From a virus (taxonomy: Duplodnaviria > Caudoviricetes), in the IMG/VR virus record IMGVR_UViG_3300037424_001072, positions 1 through 36,364 of that record: a DNA stretch of 36,364 nucleotides, one strand, 5' to 3'. Below the pieces are notes generated by a model. The model saw only the letters and a program-made list of their open reading frames with translations. It made no database searches and had not been told where the DNA came from. Below, in pieces: positions 26,227 through 34,328 of this stretch (position 1 is its first letter; the number at the start of each line of letters is the position of its first letter). A program made the translations under genes and the position numbers.

Positions 26227-29009
26227 CGGAAGTTGTCCGCAACGGCAGTCGAATTCTACGCGATCCGCAGGGTCAACTGGTAGAAGTCGATCCGTCTAAA
26301 GCGGACCACCTTCTTAGCGTGGGCGTTGGTGGCAAAAAGTTCAGCGAGGTTACCGAAGCAGATGTCACTCGCCAGGACATTGAAGCAACGAATTCGACGC
26401 TCGGAGCAAAGGTAGAAACTTTCGGTCGTTCCGCTGCCGACTCTCTTGGCGACGTCGCTCGTCTCGGACAGTACACACCGAGTGGATTCCTAGCACAACA
26501 GGCCTCGAAGGCTGCGGGTCTGGAACTCCGTCACGACCAGAGCCTTCCGGCGCAAGCTGTCGGGATGCTGGGCGGGGATGCCGCGGCTTACGAAGCTAGA
26601 TCACGCGAGCTCGCGCAAACAAATCCTGGCAGCCAGATGCTGGGGCAGGTGGCAGGCACGCTACTCCCCGCGGTGGTGACGGGCGGGGTGACTTCGGCAG
26701 CCGCCGCTGGGCTCGGTGCTCGCATGGGAGGCGGGGCTCTTGCGCGGGCTGGTGGCGCAGCCCTGGCCTATGGTGCCGAAGGGGCGGCATATGGCGCGGC
26801 GGGAGCGGAAACGGCGGCCCGAGAGGCAGGGCAGACCGAAGGCGCAACGGCTGAGCAGCTGCTTTGGGGGATCGGCTTGGGCGGCGTGCTTGGTGGCGGG
26901 ATCGGAGCTGCGTCGAGCGCTACCAGTTCACTATTCCGTCGTATCGCCAGTGCCGAGCAGAGGGCGGCAGCTCCAGAAGTAGCGCAACGGGCAGCAGCAA
27001 ACAGGGCAGCGATTACCGGCACCGCTGAGGATTCCTTAGCGAGGTTGCAGTCGAATCTTACGGGCAACGAATATGAGACGCTTGCGAAGTATGGCGCGCA
27101 CAAGATGGATGACGCCGCGATTGAAGGTCGCAGACTTTGGAAAAACCGTGACAAGCTAATTGACGAGAAGGTCGCTCCAATTGCGAAAGACGTTCAAACA
27201 CTGAATGACGCTTTCGCTCCCGTAACCGAGATTGTTCGTAATCCGAACATTCGCAAGAATATTGTGGATTCACTCCCGGACTCAATGAAGCCGGCGGCTC
27301 GGGTTGCGGGTAGACAGGCGATCGGAGAGACTCTAGATGCTGCTCGAGTAATGTTGAGTGAGCTGCCGGAGAATGCTTACACGAAATCAACCCGAGCCAG
27401 TCTGCAGAGGTTCGTTGACTACGGCGATTCGGTCGCGTCGAAAATGAAGGGGACCGCGAATGATGCAAATGCGGCCGCCAATGCGATCAAGCAAGAGGCA
27501 CAACGGGTCAAGATGTCGTTGACCGACACTGCGATTTCTCCGGCTGCAAATGGCGAGCTCAAGCGTTACGCTCGTGAAGCGGCGCAACGATTCGAGTCGG
27601 AAGCGCAGGAACCATTGAGACAGCATCTCATGGATCCGAAAATCTGGGGCGAGGCTGGCGTGGCTCAGCAGGCTATCAACGGCAAATGGGAGACTCTGCT
27701 CAAGCGTTTTGATCGCTACAAGCAGGAACTTTTCGCGCAGGGACCGAAGGACTATCATACCGGGCAACGGCAGTTATTTGCGGACACAGCAAAGGTAAAG
27801 TCCTGGCTCTCGACGGCGGGAACGACAGCCGGGGAAACGCGTCAAACAATGGTGCGCGAGACGATCGATGCAATAGATGATCTAGCGTCTACGATCGGAA
27901 AATACCACGAGATGGGCCCCGGACAGGCGAAGCAATTGGAAGCGTTGCAGGGTGCGGCAGCTCGAATGCGTTCAGCAATTGGGGATGTCGACAAGACGGT
28001 CTCGATCGCAAACAAGATCGATGACGTCATGGCAATGGACAAGCGAGGGATCGGGCAGCTTGTCACCCCTGGAGCCTTAGCAGCTACCGGAGCAATCTTA
28101 GGGGGGCCGCTAGGCGCTGCAGCTGGACTTGGGATCGGAATGCTTGCTCGGCCCGGCGCGGCAATCGGGGCGGCCGAGGCAATCCAGTCGGTGGCCGGGC
28201 GCTTCGGAGTAAAACTCCAGAACGGAACTTCGAACTGGATTCTAAGCGCCGCTGGACTTCGGAAAGCGGCTACCCGGGTTGGACAAGCGGCAACGGGAAC
28301 GGCGGTGGCCGCTACCACTACCGCGCGAGCTGCTATACCTACGACCGTTGCGTCGTTCGTCGGGCGCGAGAAGTCTCTGGACAAGGCGTACGAAAAGCGG
28401 ATCGAGCAACTGGTCCAAGCGAAGCAAGACCCGTCAATACTGATTGACAATCTTGCCAAAGCAACCGGAAATCTATCCGAAGTCAATCCGAACCTGGCGG
28501 GCGCTCTGATACAGAAAGCGTCGGCGGCAATCGATTTTCTTGCATCCCGAGCGCCCGCCGGGACTATCGATCCGACGATGCTGCAGCCAGGTCGCAAATC
28601 AGTCGTCTCGGATTTGGAAAAGAAACGCTTCGCACGGCTCTGGATGGCCGTCGAAAAACCAGAGACCGTGCTGAACGACCTACGACGAGGAATGGCCACG
28701 CCAGACCAGTTAGAGGCTTTGCGTGTAGTTCACCCCGAGACCTATCAAGCGATTCGAATGACCGTCATGGACGCAATCGCCGAAGTCGATCGCAAGGGTG
28801 CTAGGCTACCACTTGCCGTGCGCACTCAACTGGATCTACTGCTCGACCTGGACGGGGCAGGCGTGCCTGCTCTCGGTCCCGAGATTGCACAACGAATCTC
28901 CGGACTACAACAAGCGAAGCAACAGAAGCAGCCGCAACAAAACAAGGTTCCGAATCTTACGAAGTCGATGAAACTCACCCAGCAAGGCTGGCCTAGTGTA
29001 GGAGCGTAA
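26223..29009 (+). CDS. Large internal virion/DNA ejection protein
   Basis: 928 aa, Ala-rich helical, two glycine-zipper hydrophobic regions; third gene of an ejection trio. Confidence 0.7.
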   Translation: MTEVVRNGSRILRDPQGQLVEVDPSKADHLLSVGVGGKKFSEVTEADVTRQDIEATNSTLGAKVETFGRSAADSLGDVARLGQYTPSGFLAQQASKAAGLELRHDQSLPAQAVGMLGGDAAAYEARSRELAQTNPGSQMLGQVAGTLLPAVVTGGVTSAAAAGLGARMGGGALARAGGAALAYGAEGAAYGAAGAETAAREAGQTEGATAEQLLWGIGLGGVLGGGIGAASSATSSLFRRIASAEQRAAAPEVAQRAAANRAAITGTAEDSLARLQSNLTGNEYETLAKYGAHKMDDAAIEGRRLWKNRDKLIDEKVAPIAKDVQTLNDAFAPVTEIVRNPNIRKNIVDSLPDSMKPAARVAGRQAIGETLDAARVMLSELPENAYTKSTRASLQRFVDYGDSVASKMKGTANDANAAANAIKQEAQRVKMSLTDTAISPAANGELKRYAREAAQRFESEAQEPLRQHLMDPKIWGEAGVAQQAINGKWETLLKRFDRYKQELFAQGPKDYHTGQRQLFADTAKVKSWLSTAGTTAGETRQTMVRETIDAIDDLASTIGKYHEMGPGQAKQLEALQGAAARMRSAIGDVDKTVSIANKIDDVMAMDKRGIGQLVTPGALAATGAILGGPLGAAAGLGIGMLARPGAAIGAAEAIQSVAGRFGVKLQNGTSNWILSAAGLRKAATRVGQAATGTAVAATTTARAAIPTTVASFVGREKSLDKAYEKRIEQLVQAKQDPSILIDNLAKATGNLSEVNPNLAGALIQKASAAIDFLASRAPAGTIDPTMLQPGRKSVVSDLEKKRFARLWMAVEKPETVLNDLRRGMATPDQLEALRVVHPETYQAIRMTVMDAIAEVDRKGARLPLAVRTQLDLLLDLDGAGVPALGPEIAQRISGLQQAKQQKQPQQNKVPNLTKSMKLTQQGWPSVGA

Positions 29010-29011
29010 AA

Positions 29012-29311
29012 ATGAACATCAGGCACTCAGAAACAGGATTACATTTCCCGTCTGGCTGGTTCAAGTCGGCGTGGACAACCACTCCTGCTGACTACGACAT
29101 CATAGCAAACGGGCCAGAGTATACTGCAGGGTATTCGGGGCGAATGTGCAAGCGCATTTACGCCGGAAAAGCAGGAACGCTCGTAATAACTCCAATCGAG
29201 GGAGCTACCGCCAATCGAACGATCATCGTTGCCGCTGGCACGTGGGTTGATGTCGAGGCCATTGCTCTCGGTGCGGCTAGCACTGCTCAAGACGTTTCCA
29301 TCTACTGGTAA
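29012..29311 (+). CDS. Small virion protein resembling the RcGTA head-spike base (Rcc01079-like)
   Basis: TTP.D...KRIYAGKAGTLVI...VAAGTW....AASTAQDV pattern recalled for that family; GGAG RBS. Confidence 0.55.
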   Translation: MNIRHSETGLHFPSGWFKSAWTTTPADYDIIANGPEYTAGYSGRMCKRIYAGKAGTLVITPIEGATANRTIIVAAGTWVDVEAIALGAASTAQDVSIYW

Positions 29312-29324
29312 GAGGAATTGAGTC

Positions 29325-30014
29325 ATGAGCATTCCAGGAAATGGCCGGGTAAAATCAGCGGCGAATTTGGCGACAGTGGACGCTCCAACTGGAACTAAGA
29401 TTTGGGTTGACGACGATCAGTGCTCCTACGAATCGGTTCCAGCCATCACCGTGCAGACCGGTGACATTGCGGGGCCAGGCGAGGCCGAGACCAGTGTTTG
29501 GCGCAGGATATCCGGCACCATCGCCGTCAAGCTACCAAACGCGACGTCGGTGCAGGCCTCGGAATATACCTTGCCACCGGGTTGCACCGCAGCCGGTACG
29601 GTCGTCTCTGTATTTCGCGGCGGACAGACCGCGGCCGACGTCAATCTCGGCACCGACGCATCGACAGCCATCTTGGCGGTGACCATTGCGGCGGGACTCG
29701 CAGCCAGTAGCAAATTCACTGCGACTCTTGGATTTCGCACAGTAATCTGGCAAGGCGGCACCGAAGCAAATTCCGGGTCAATGGACACGGTCGTTGACAT
29801 CTATATCACGACCGACGGCGCCTCGGTTGCGACGGTCGTGTTTCAGACGGTGCCATTCGCGGACACTTCGCGACTCCTTGCAGCGCTGGCAGGCGCAACG
29901 ATGACCGCGGCCGCCAGCGCCGGAGGATTCACGATTTCGGCAACACGTCCAGCCGGCGTTAACTGCGATTGCCGCGCAAAATGGTGGGTCGTGCAATTCG
30001 AGGATATCACATGA
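29325..30014 (+). CDS. Putative fibre/spike protein
   Basis: Ala/Thr/Val-rich beta composition in the late operon; GAGGA RBS. Confidence 0.5.
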   Translation: MSIPGNGRVKSAANLATVDAPTGTKIWVDDDQCSYESVPAITVQTGDIAGPGEAETSVWRRISGTIAVKLPNATSVQASEYTLPPGCTAAGTVVSVFRGGQTAADVNLGTDASTAILAVTIAAGLAASSKFTATLGFRTVIWQGGTEANSGSMDTVVDIYITTDGASVATVVFQTVPFADTSRLLAALAGATMTAAASAGGFTISATRPAGVNCDCRAKWWVVQFEDIT

Positions 30015-30673
30015 CGCTGGCACCTGGTGCCCTTTGGTTGCCTCAGCAAGTGAGGCCGCCATGGTTGACTGATGCGCTGCGATCAGTCTTTGGCGCGGAC
30101 ATCATCAGCTTGCATTTTGTCGAGCAATGCGCGTTCGACAGTGCGAACGTGCTGCTTTCGGTACCGGGCGCAATCGGCGGGGATCTAGTAAATGCCACCG
30201 CGGATGTATTCGGCACCGCAGTGGTCAGAGGACGTCGTATTAGCGCTACTGGTGCTGCTGCGGGCCTCAAGTCACTCATTCTGGCCGACGGAATCGTCGC
30301 AAAAAGCGTGTGGGTGGTCTGCAGATGCAATTCCCCGCCCAATTACGCGTATGAATCCGTCGTCTACAGCGCGAATCTGAACGAAACGCCGCTTGTGAGA
30401 GATGTTCTAACCAACCAGTGGTACACGACCGGAGGCTGGAATCACTACTGCGATGGCGTTGCAAGTGAGACGATTCCTGCGTCAGGCATCCACATTTTTG
30501 AGGGCGAAAAGGCCGGACCGTCAGATGGCGGAATCCAAGCTCTCGGAGCTACGACCTACAACGCGGCAACGGTGTTCAACGTCGCGTTGATTATGCGACT
30601 GACCACCCAGTCATTAGCGGCTCGTCGTGCCGCCGGACTGGTCCCAATGCTGCAGTATTTTGGAGGACCGTAG
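30011..30673 (+). CDS. Putative fibre/lectin-like virion protein
   Basis: ATGA-coupled (start reassigned to 30011); beta-sandwich-like composition. Confidence 0.45.
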   Translation: MTLAPGALWLPQQVRPPWLTDALRSVFGADIISLHFVEQCAFDSANVLLSVPGAIGGDLVNATADVFGTAVVRGRRISATGAAAGLKSLILADGIVAKSVWVVCRCNSPPNYAYESVVYSANLNETPLVRDVLTNQWYTTGGWNHYCDGVASETIPASGIHIFEGEKAGPSDGGIQALGATTYNAATVFNVALIMRLTTQSLAARRAAGLVPMLQYFGGP

Positions 30674-30675
30674 CA

Positions 30676-31122
30676 ATGGCTTTCGAACCGAGCAAATCCG
30701 CAATTCTAGCCGCTAAATCGCTTCCCGAAGCGAAATTGCTCTTGACCGCAAACGTCGATAGCGTCGACTCGGACACCTCTCTGCAATGCACGGGGTGCGA
30801 GACCTGCCAGCGTTGCAAGAACTGCAAGGACTGCGAGAATTGCGTCAATTGTCGCGACTGCGAGGGCTGCTCGAACTGCAGTGACTCGAGTTCACTCGAG
30901 AATTGCCACAACTGCAAAAAGTGCTTCGGGTCGGACGCCAGCCGCGTCAAAATGCTACGCGACTGCGAAGACTGCGTCTACGTCGAGCGGTCGATCATGG
31001 TGTTCGGGGAGCGAGGAACGCCGGACGTCCCTATTGCCAATCGATTCGGCCCATTGCAGCTGACGGCCGCAGAATTCAACTTCATTTGGGCCTTGCCACT
31101 CGAGCCAATCGTCCAACCATGA
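30676..31122 (+). CDS. Cys-rich (CxxCxx)n repeat protein
   Basis: CTGCETCQRCKNCKDCENCVNCRDCEGCSNC; GGAGG RBS. Confidence 0.8.
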   Translation: MAFEPSKSAILAAKSLPEAKLLLTANVDSVDSDTSLQCTGCETCQRCKNCKDCENCVNCRDCEGCSNCSDSSSLENCHNCKKCFGSDASRVKMLRDCEDCVYVERSIMVFGERGTPDVPIANRFGPLQLTAAEFNFIWALPLEPIVQP

Positions 31123-31366
31123 GGCATAAATGCACATACCAACCAATCGATCCGATTCAGCCACCTGCCCCGAAGGCACCGTGACTTTTGGCGCCGATGC
31201 CACTTTCGCGGCGCATTCCGTGACAACACAAGCGGCAACGACCGTGCCCGGAGGTGGCCGCGCACGGCGGTTACTTCAACGTGACGTTCGGAGACTTCGT
31301 GAAGCTTTGGAACGATGGCGGAGAGGCTGAGTGCGCGCTATGAGCTAGGGTGCTAGAATTCGAGTC

Positions 31367-32008
31367 ATGATACTTCGACGATTGACAGACAAGGAAGTCA
31401 CTCTGACCATTTCAGCGGCCGCCAAAGAAGCGCTCTCTCGGCTATTTCCGAAAGACTTTGGCGCTGAAATGGATTTCATGATCGACGGTCAACGGTACGT
31501 GGCGCGATTGGAGCGCCACTACCATCCGCCGGGTGGACCATTGAAACCATGGGGGTCTCACAAGGGGATCTCGATGTTTCTGGCAACCGAGGAGCCATCA
31601 ACCCCTGCAGTGGAATTGCCAGCGTCAAAGTTCGTTCTCGGAGCTCGCTCACTTTCGAAACTTGTCGGCCTCCATCCTGATTTGATCAGAGTGATCAAAC
31701 GAGCGATTGAAATCACCCCGATCGATTTTACGGTCGTCGAGGGGTTTCGAACGGTCGAGCGTCAAAAGGCGCTAGTAAGTTCAGGCGCTTCGCAGACGAT
31801 GAAGTCTCGCCACCTTACCGGGCATGCTGTCGACCTGGCACCGTGGGAAGGTGGAGTGATTCATTGGGATTGGCCTCGGTTTCGAAAGCTGGCCCCTGCG
31901 GTAAATCAGGCCGGAGTCGAGTGCGGGGTAAAAGTTGAATGGGGAGGTAACTGGACTTCGTTTCCTGATGGGCCACACTGGCAACTACCATGGAGCATCT
32001 ACCCATGA
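31367..32008 (+). CDS. Endolysin, M15 family L-Ala-D-Glu peptidase with extra N-terminal domain
   Basis: LHPDL..VIKRAI, EGFRTVERQ, SRHLTGHAVDL, WGGNW.SFPDGPHWQL. Confidence 0.93.
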   Translation: MILRRLTDKEVTLTISAAAKEALSRLFPKDFGAEMDFMIDGQRYVARLERHYHPPGGPLKPWGSHKGISMFLATEEPSTPAVELPASKFVLGARSLSKLVGLHPDLIRVIKRAIEITPIDFTVVEGFRTVERQKALVSSGASQTMKSRHLTGHAVDLAPWEGGVIHWDWPRFRKLAPAVNQAGVECGVKVEWGGNWTSFPDGPHWQLPWSIYP

Positions 32009-32289
32009 CCGACCGCGAAACCTCACTGCAGGCCGAACTCGACCGAACGCAACAAGAGCTAGAATCGATACGCGCGCTACTACGGCAGCACGAACAGAGC
32101 GATACAATTCCCCCGCCAGTCGATCATGATCTGCTGATGCAGATCGCCAGAGAGGTGTCGGAGCATACGCGACGATTCGACGATATCGACACAAGGCTAA
32201 CACTCATCGCAAACGAGGTGCGGCGTCATGGGCAATGCATCGCAGCGGCAACATTGATCCCGCCGCCAGCCGAAAGTGAAGCGGGATAG
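32005..32289 (+). CDS. Coiled-coil hypothetical protein (lysis cassette)
   Basis: ATGA-coupled to the endolysin; heptad repeats. Confidence 0.6.
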   Translation: MTDRETSLQAELDRTQQELESIRALLRQHEQSDTIPPPVDHDLLMQIAREVSEHTRRFDDIDTRLTLIANEVRRHGQCIAAATLIPPPAESEAG

Positions 32290-32588
32290 TGCCGCGCGAT
32301 CGCCTCCCCTCGGTTTCCGATCATCGCGACAGTGAGGCCATGTCGCCGGCGCAGGCTGATGCTCTACTCTCAGCGTATGCGATGCTCGAGCATCGAGTGC
32401 ACGATCTCGAGTCGCGACTCGCTGACAGCTCCCCCCCTGGCCGCACGCTCGACATCAGACTGCCGTGGGGGGCCCGGGTGCGAGGTGCCGCGTGGGCCGT
32501 GGCGAGCGTGCTTGTTCTGCTCGCCCTGTTGGGCGGGATCGCGTATGTCGCCGCGTCATGGGGCCGTCCAGCGCCGAGCGGGAGATAG
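32289..32588 (+). CDS. Holin-like membrane protein
   Basis: One C-terminal TM helix AAWAVASVLVLLALLGGIAYVAASW; adjacent to the endolysin. Confidence 0.5.
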   Translation: MPRDRLPSVSDHRDSEAMSPAQADALLSAYAMLEHRVHDLESRLADSSPPGRTLDIRLPWGARVRGAAWAVASVLVLLALLGGIAYVAASWGRPAPSGR

Positions 32589-32594
32589 TAGATA

Positions 32595-32852
32595 GTGTCG
32601 GGGCGTCGGTGTCGTCGGTGCGGGGAGTATTGGCCGCTGGACCAGTACCACAGAGATCGGACTGGCACGCTCGGCCGCAAAAGTACTTGCCGATTTTGCC
32701 GGCATAAGCCGGGTCTTTCGCGCGAAGATAGGGCATTTACGCCGGAAACCGCTAGGGCCGCTTCGCTTTTGCGAAAAACTGTGGGGAATCGACACACCCA
32801 GCCGGGGCGCGGGTATCAGAGGCGCAAATTGTCACTCCCGAGACCCAGGTGA
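32595..32852 (+). CDS. Small basic Zn-finger protein
   Basis: CRRC...CRFC with spacing like the N-terminal Zn domain of phage HNH/endonuclease VII proteins; no nuclease domain follows; GGAG upstream. Confidence 0.55.
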   Translation: MSGRRCRRCGEYWPLDQYHRDRTGTLGRKSTCRFCRHKPGLSREDRAFTPETARAASLLRKTVGNRHTQPGRGYQRRKLSLPRPR

Positions 32853-32951
32853 CAATTTTGGTCACCATGGTTTTTTGCGGGCTTTTGCAGTCGATGACAA
32901 TTTTGGTCACTTTGCGGTGACGCCGATTGTCACTGTATCAATTCGGATACA
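32826..32951. promoter_or_regulatory. Array of GTGAC-N7-GTCAC palindromes plus TGTATC-N6-GATACA
   Basis: Sites at 32849-32865, 32894-32910 (ATGAC variant) and 32917-32933; half site at 32831-32835; second palindrome at 32934-32951. Confidence 0.75.
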
Positions 32952-32996
32952 CCCGTAAACTCCGCAAATCCACAATATCACTACCAACGCAGGGGT

Positions 32997-33012
32997 TGGC
33001 ACGACCCCTGCA
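32997..33012 (+). promoter_or_regulatory. Sigma54 (RpoN)-type -24/-12 promoter
   Basis: TGGCACG-ACCC-CTGCA, one mismatch to TGGCACG-N4-TTGCW with exact GG/GC spacing; lies in the late/early intergenic region facing the early genes. Confidence 0.7.
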
Positions 33013-33176
33013 TTGGTAGGGATTATCTCGCAAGAGAGTCGAGACGGAGCAGAGGGACGCACTCAGCCTGACAGGTCGGAAAGACGACCCACCCTCGGAC
33101 GCTCGGAAGGTAGAGAGAGCGTCACCCGGAGCTCAACAGGACGATGAGCACAATTTTTAGACCGAGGAGCACGACA

Positions 33177-33386
33177 ATGACCAAAATCACCGTGAACGGA
33201 AAAACGAGTAACGTAGTCGTCCGCACAGTCGGGCAATGCTTCGCAACCGAGGCGCATTGCACCGTCGACGGGCGCCGATACGATAGCGAGACGAGGCCGC
33301 TCGGTTTTGCGTCCGCTGCGATCGAGGACGTAGTGACTCAGGTCACGCGAGACTTTCCTGCAGCACGAATTGCCGAGGTCGACTGA
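33177..33386 (+). CDS. Early hypothetical protein
   Basis: GAGGAGCACGACAATG leader; start reassigned to 33177. Confidence 0.7.
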   Translation: MTKITVNGKTSNVVVRTVGQCFATEAHCTVDGRRYDSETRPLGFASAAIEDVVTQVTRDFPAARIAEVD

Positions 33387-33409
33387 TATTCGATTTGCCC
33401 ATCAGCACA

Positions 33410-33460
33410 GCCCGAACCCATTCAGTTGGGGCGGGCTTGAGGGGCAGGAGCACGACGATG
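33410..33460 (+). repeat. Early-gene leader repeat, copy 1 (hairpin + RBS + ATG)
   Basis: 46/51 identical to 34278-34328 by manual alignment. Confidence 0.9.
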
Positions 33461-33649
33461 GCACTCAAAACATACCGGCTAGTCGACTCGGATACAAAAT
33501 GCGAAATAGCTCTCGTGGAGGCCACTTCCGCCGAACACGCTCTCGACAAGTACGCCCCAAGCGCCAGTCAGGAATTCCGCGATAGTTTCGAGGTCCGGCA
33601 GCTAAGCCACAATATCCCAGAGTCGTCACACACTGTAGTGATCCCGTAG
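33458..33649 (+). CDS. Early hypothetical protein
   Basis: AGGAG RBS inside the leader repeat; MALKTYRLVDSDT... Confidence 0.7.
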   Translation: MALKTYRLVDSDTKCEIALVEATSAEHALDKYAPSASQEFRDSFEVRQLSHNIPESSHTVVIP

Positions 33650-33902
33650 TGATCACACACCTTCCCCCGGTCCAGAGCGCAAGCCTGGGCCTTTCGGGGC
33701 GTCAGCAAGCCACAGAGAAAGCCGTCTACCTGGATCACTTGTGGCTGACGCCCGTCTCCGCGCCGCAAGACGGGGGCACTACGGGCGTCAACCGACGGAT
33801 CTCGACGCACTCGAGAGGACCTGCCCCACCAACGGGGAATAGCACGAGCGATGCAATCATGGCTGGTGTCCGGTGAGGAACCGGTCAGACGAGGAGTCTA
33901 AG

Positions 33903-34256
33903 ATGACCATTAGTTTTTACGAGAACGGCTCAGATGTAGTGGCGGTCGAAACCGGCATGCCCGAACACCAAATTCGCGTGGGCGTAGGCAGCACCCATGC
34001 AGAGGCGTATCTGGCACGCATGCTCGAGGAGTCTGTGGGTGAGACCAGTGACGATGGACCATACTGCCTGTACTGGGATACCGTCTCCGACGACGAGTCG
34101 GGACCCAGCGAGCGCTACGCGACTCTCGGTCAGGCCCAGGCGCGTGCTCAGATCGCGAACCGCGATCTCCACCAGCATAACCCTGGTGACTTGCTGTGCG
34201 GGTACTCGGTGCGCCATATCGTCGATGACGAGTGGGTGCCGGTAGAGCCCGAGTAG
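33903..34256 (+). CDS. Early acidic hypothetical protein
   Basis: GAGGAG RBS before ATG 33903. Confidence 0.7.
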   Translation: MTISFYENGSDVVAVETGMPEHQIRVGVGSTHAEAYLARMLEESVGETSDDGPYCLYWDTVSDDESGPSERYATLGQAQARAQIANRDLHQHNPGDLLCGYSVRHIVDDEWVPVEPE

Positions 34257-34277
34257 CCACACCCCCCCTCAAAGTCC

Positions 34278-34328
34278 GCCCGAACCCATCAAGTTGGGGC
34301 GGGCTTTCGGGGCAGGAGCAAGACGATG
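34278..34328 (+). repeat. Early-gene leader repeat, copy 2
   Basis: GCCCGAACCCATCAAGTTGGGGCGGGCTTTCGGGGCAGGAGCAAGACGATG. Confidence 0.9.

Noticed and set aside
15086-28699. Long minus-strand ORFs (e.g. 15086-15856, 16435-17334, 27842-28699)
   Set aside because: Antisense shadows of well-supported structural genes in GC-rich DNA; no motifs
26223-29009. Tape-measure protein or virion RNA polymerase
   Set aside because: No tail tube/chaperone cassette and no polymerase motifs; position and glycine zippers fit an ejection protein
31119-31330. Two tiny overlap-coupled ORFs (31119-31184, 31181-31330)
   Set aside because: No RBS or recognisable motif; cannot be distinguished from intergenic sequence
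32595-32852. HNH homing or packaging endonuclease
   Set aside because: Only the N-terminal CxxC...CxxC part is present; no HNH catalytic motif
33030-33145. c-di-GMP-I riboswitch or hammerhead ribozyme (GGGACGCA, GAAA and CTGA motifs)
   Set aside because: Motif order and the required GCAAA/P2 or CUGAnGA core are not present as in those families
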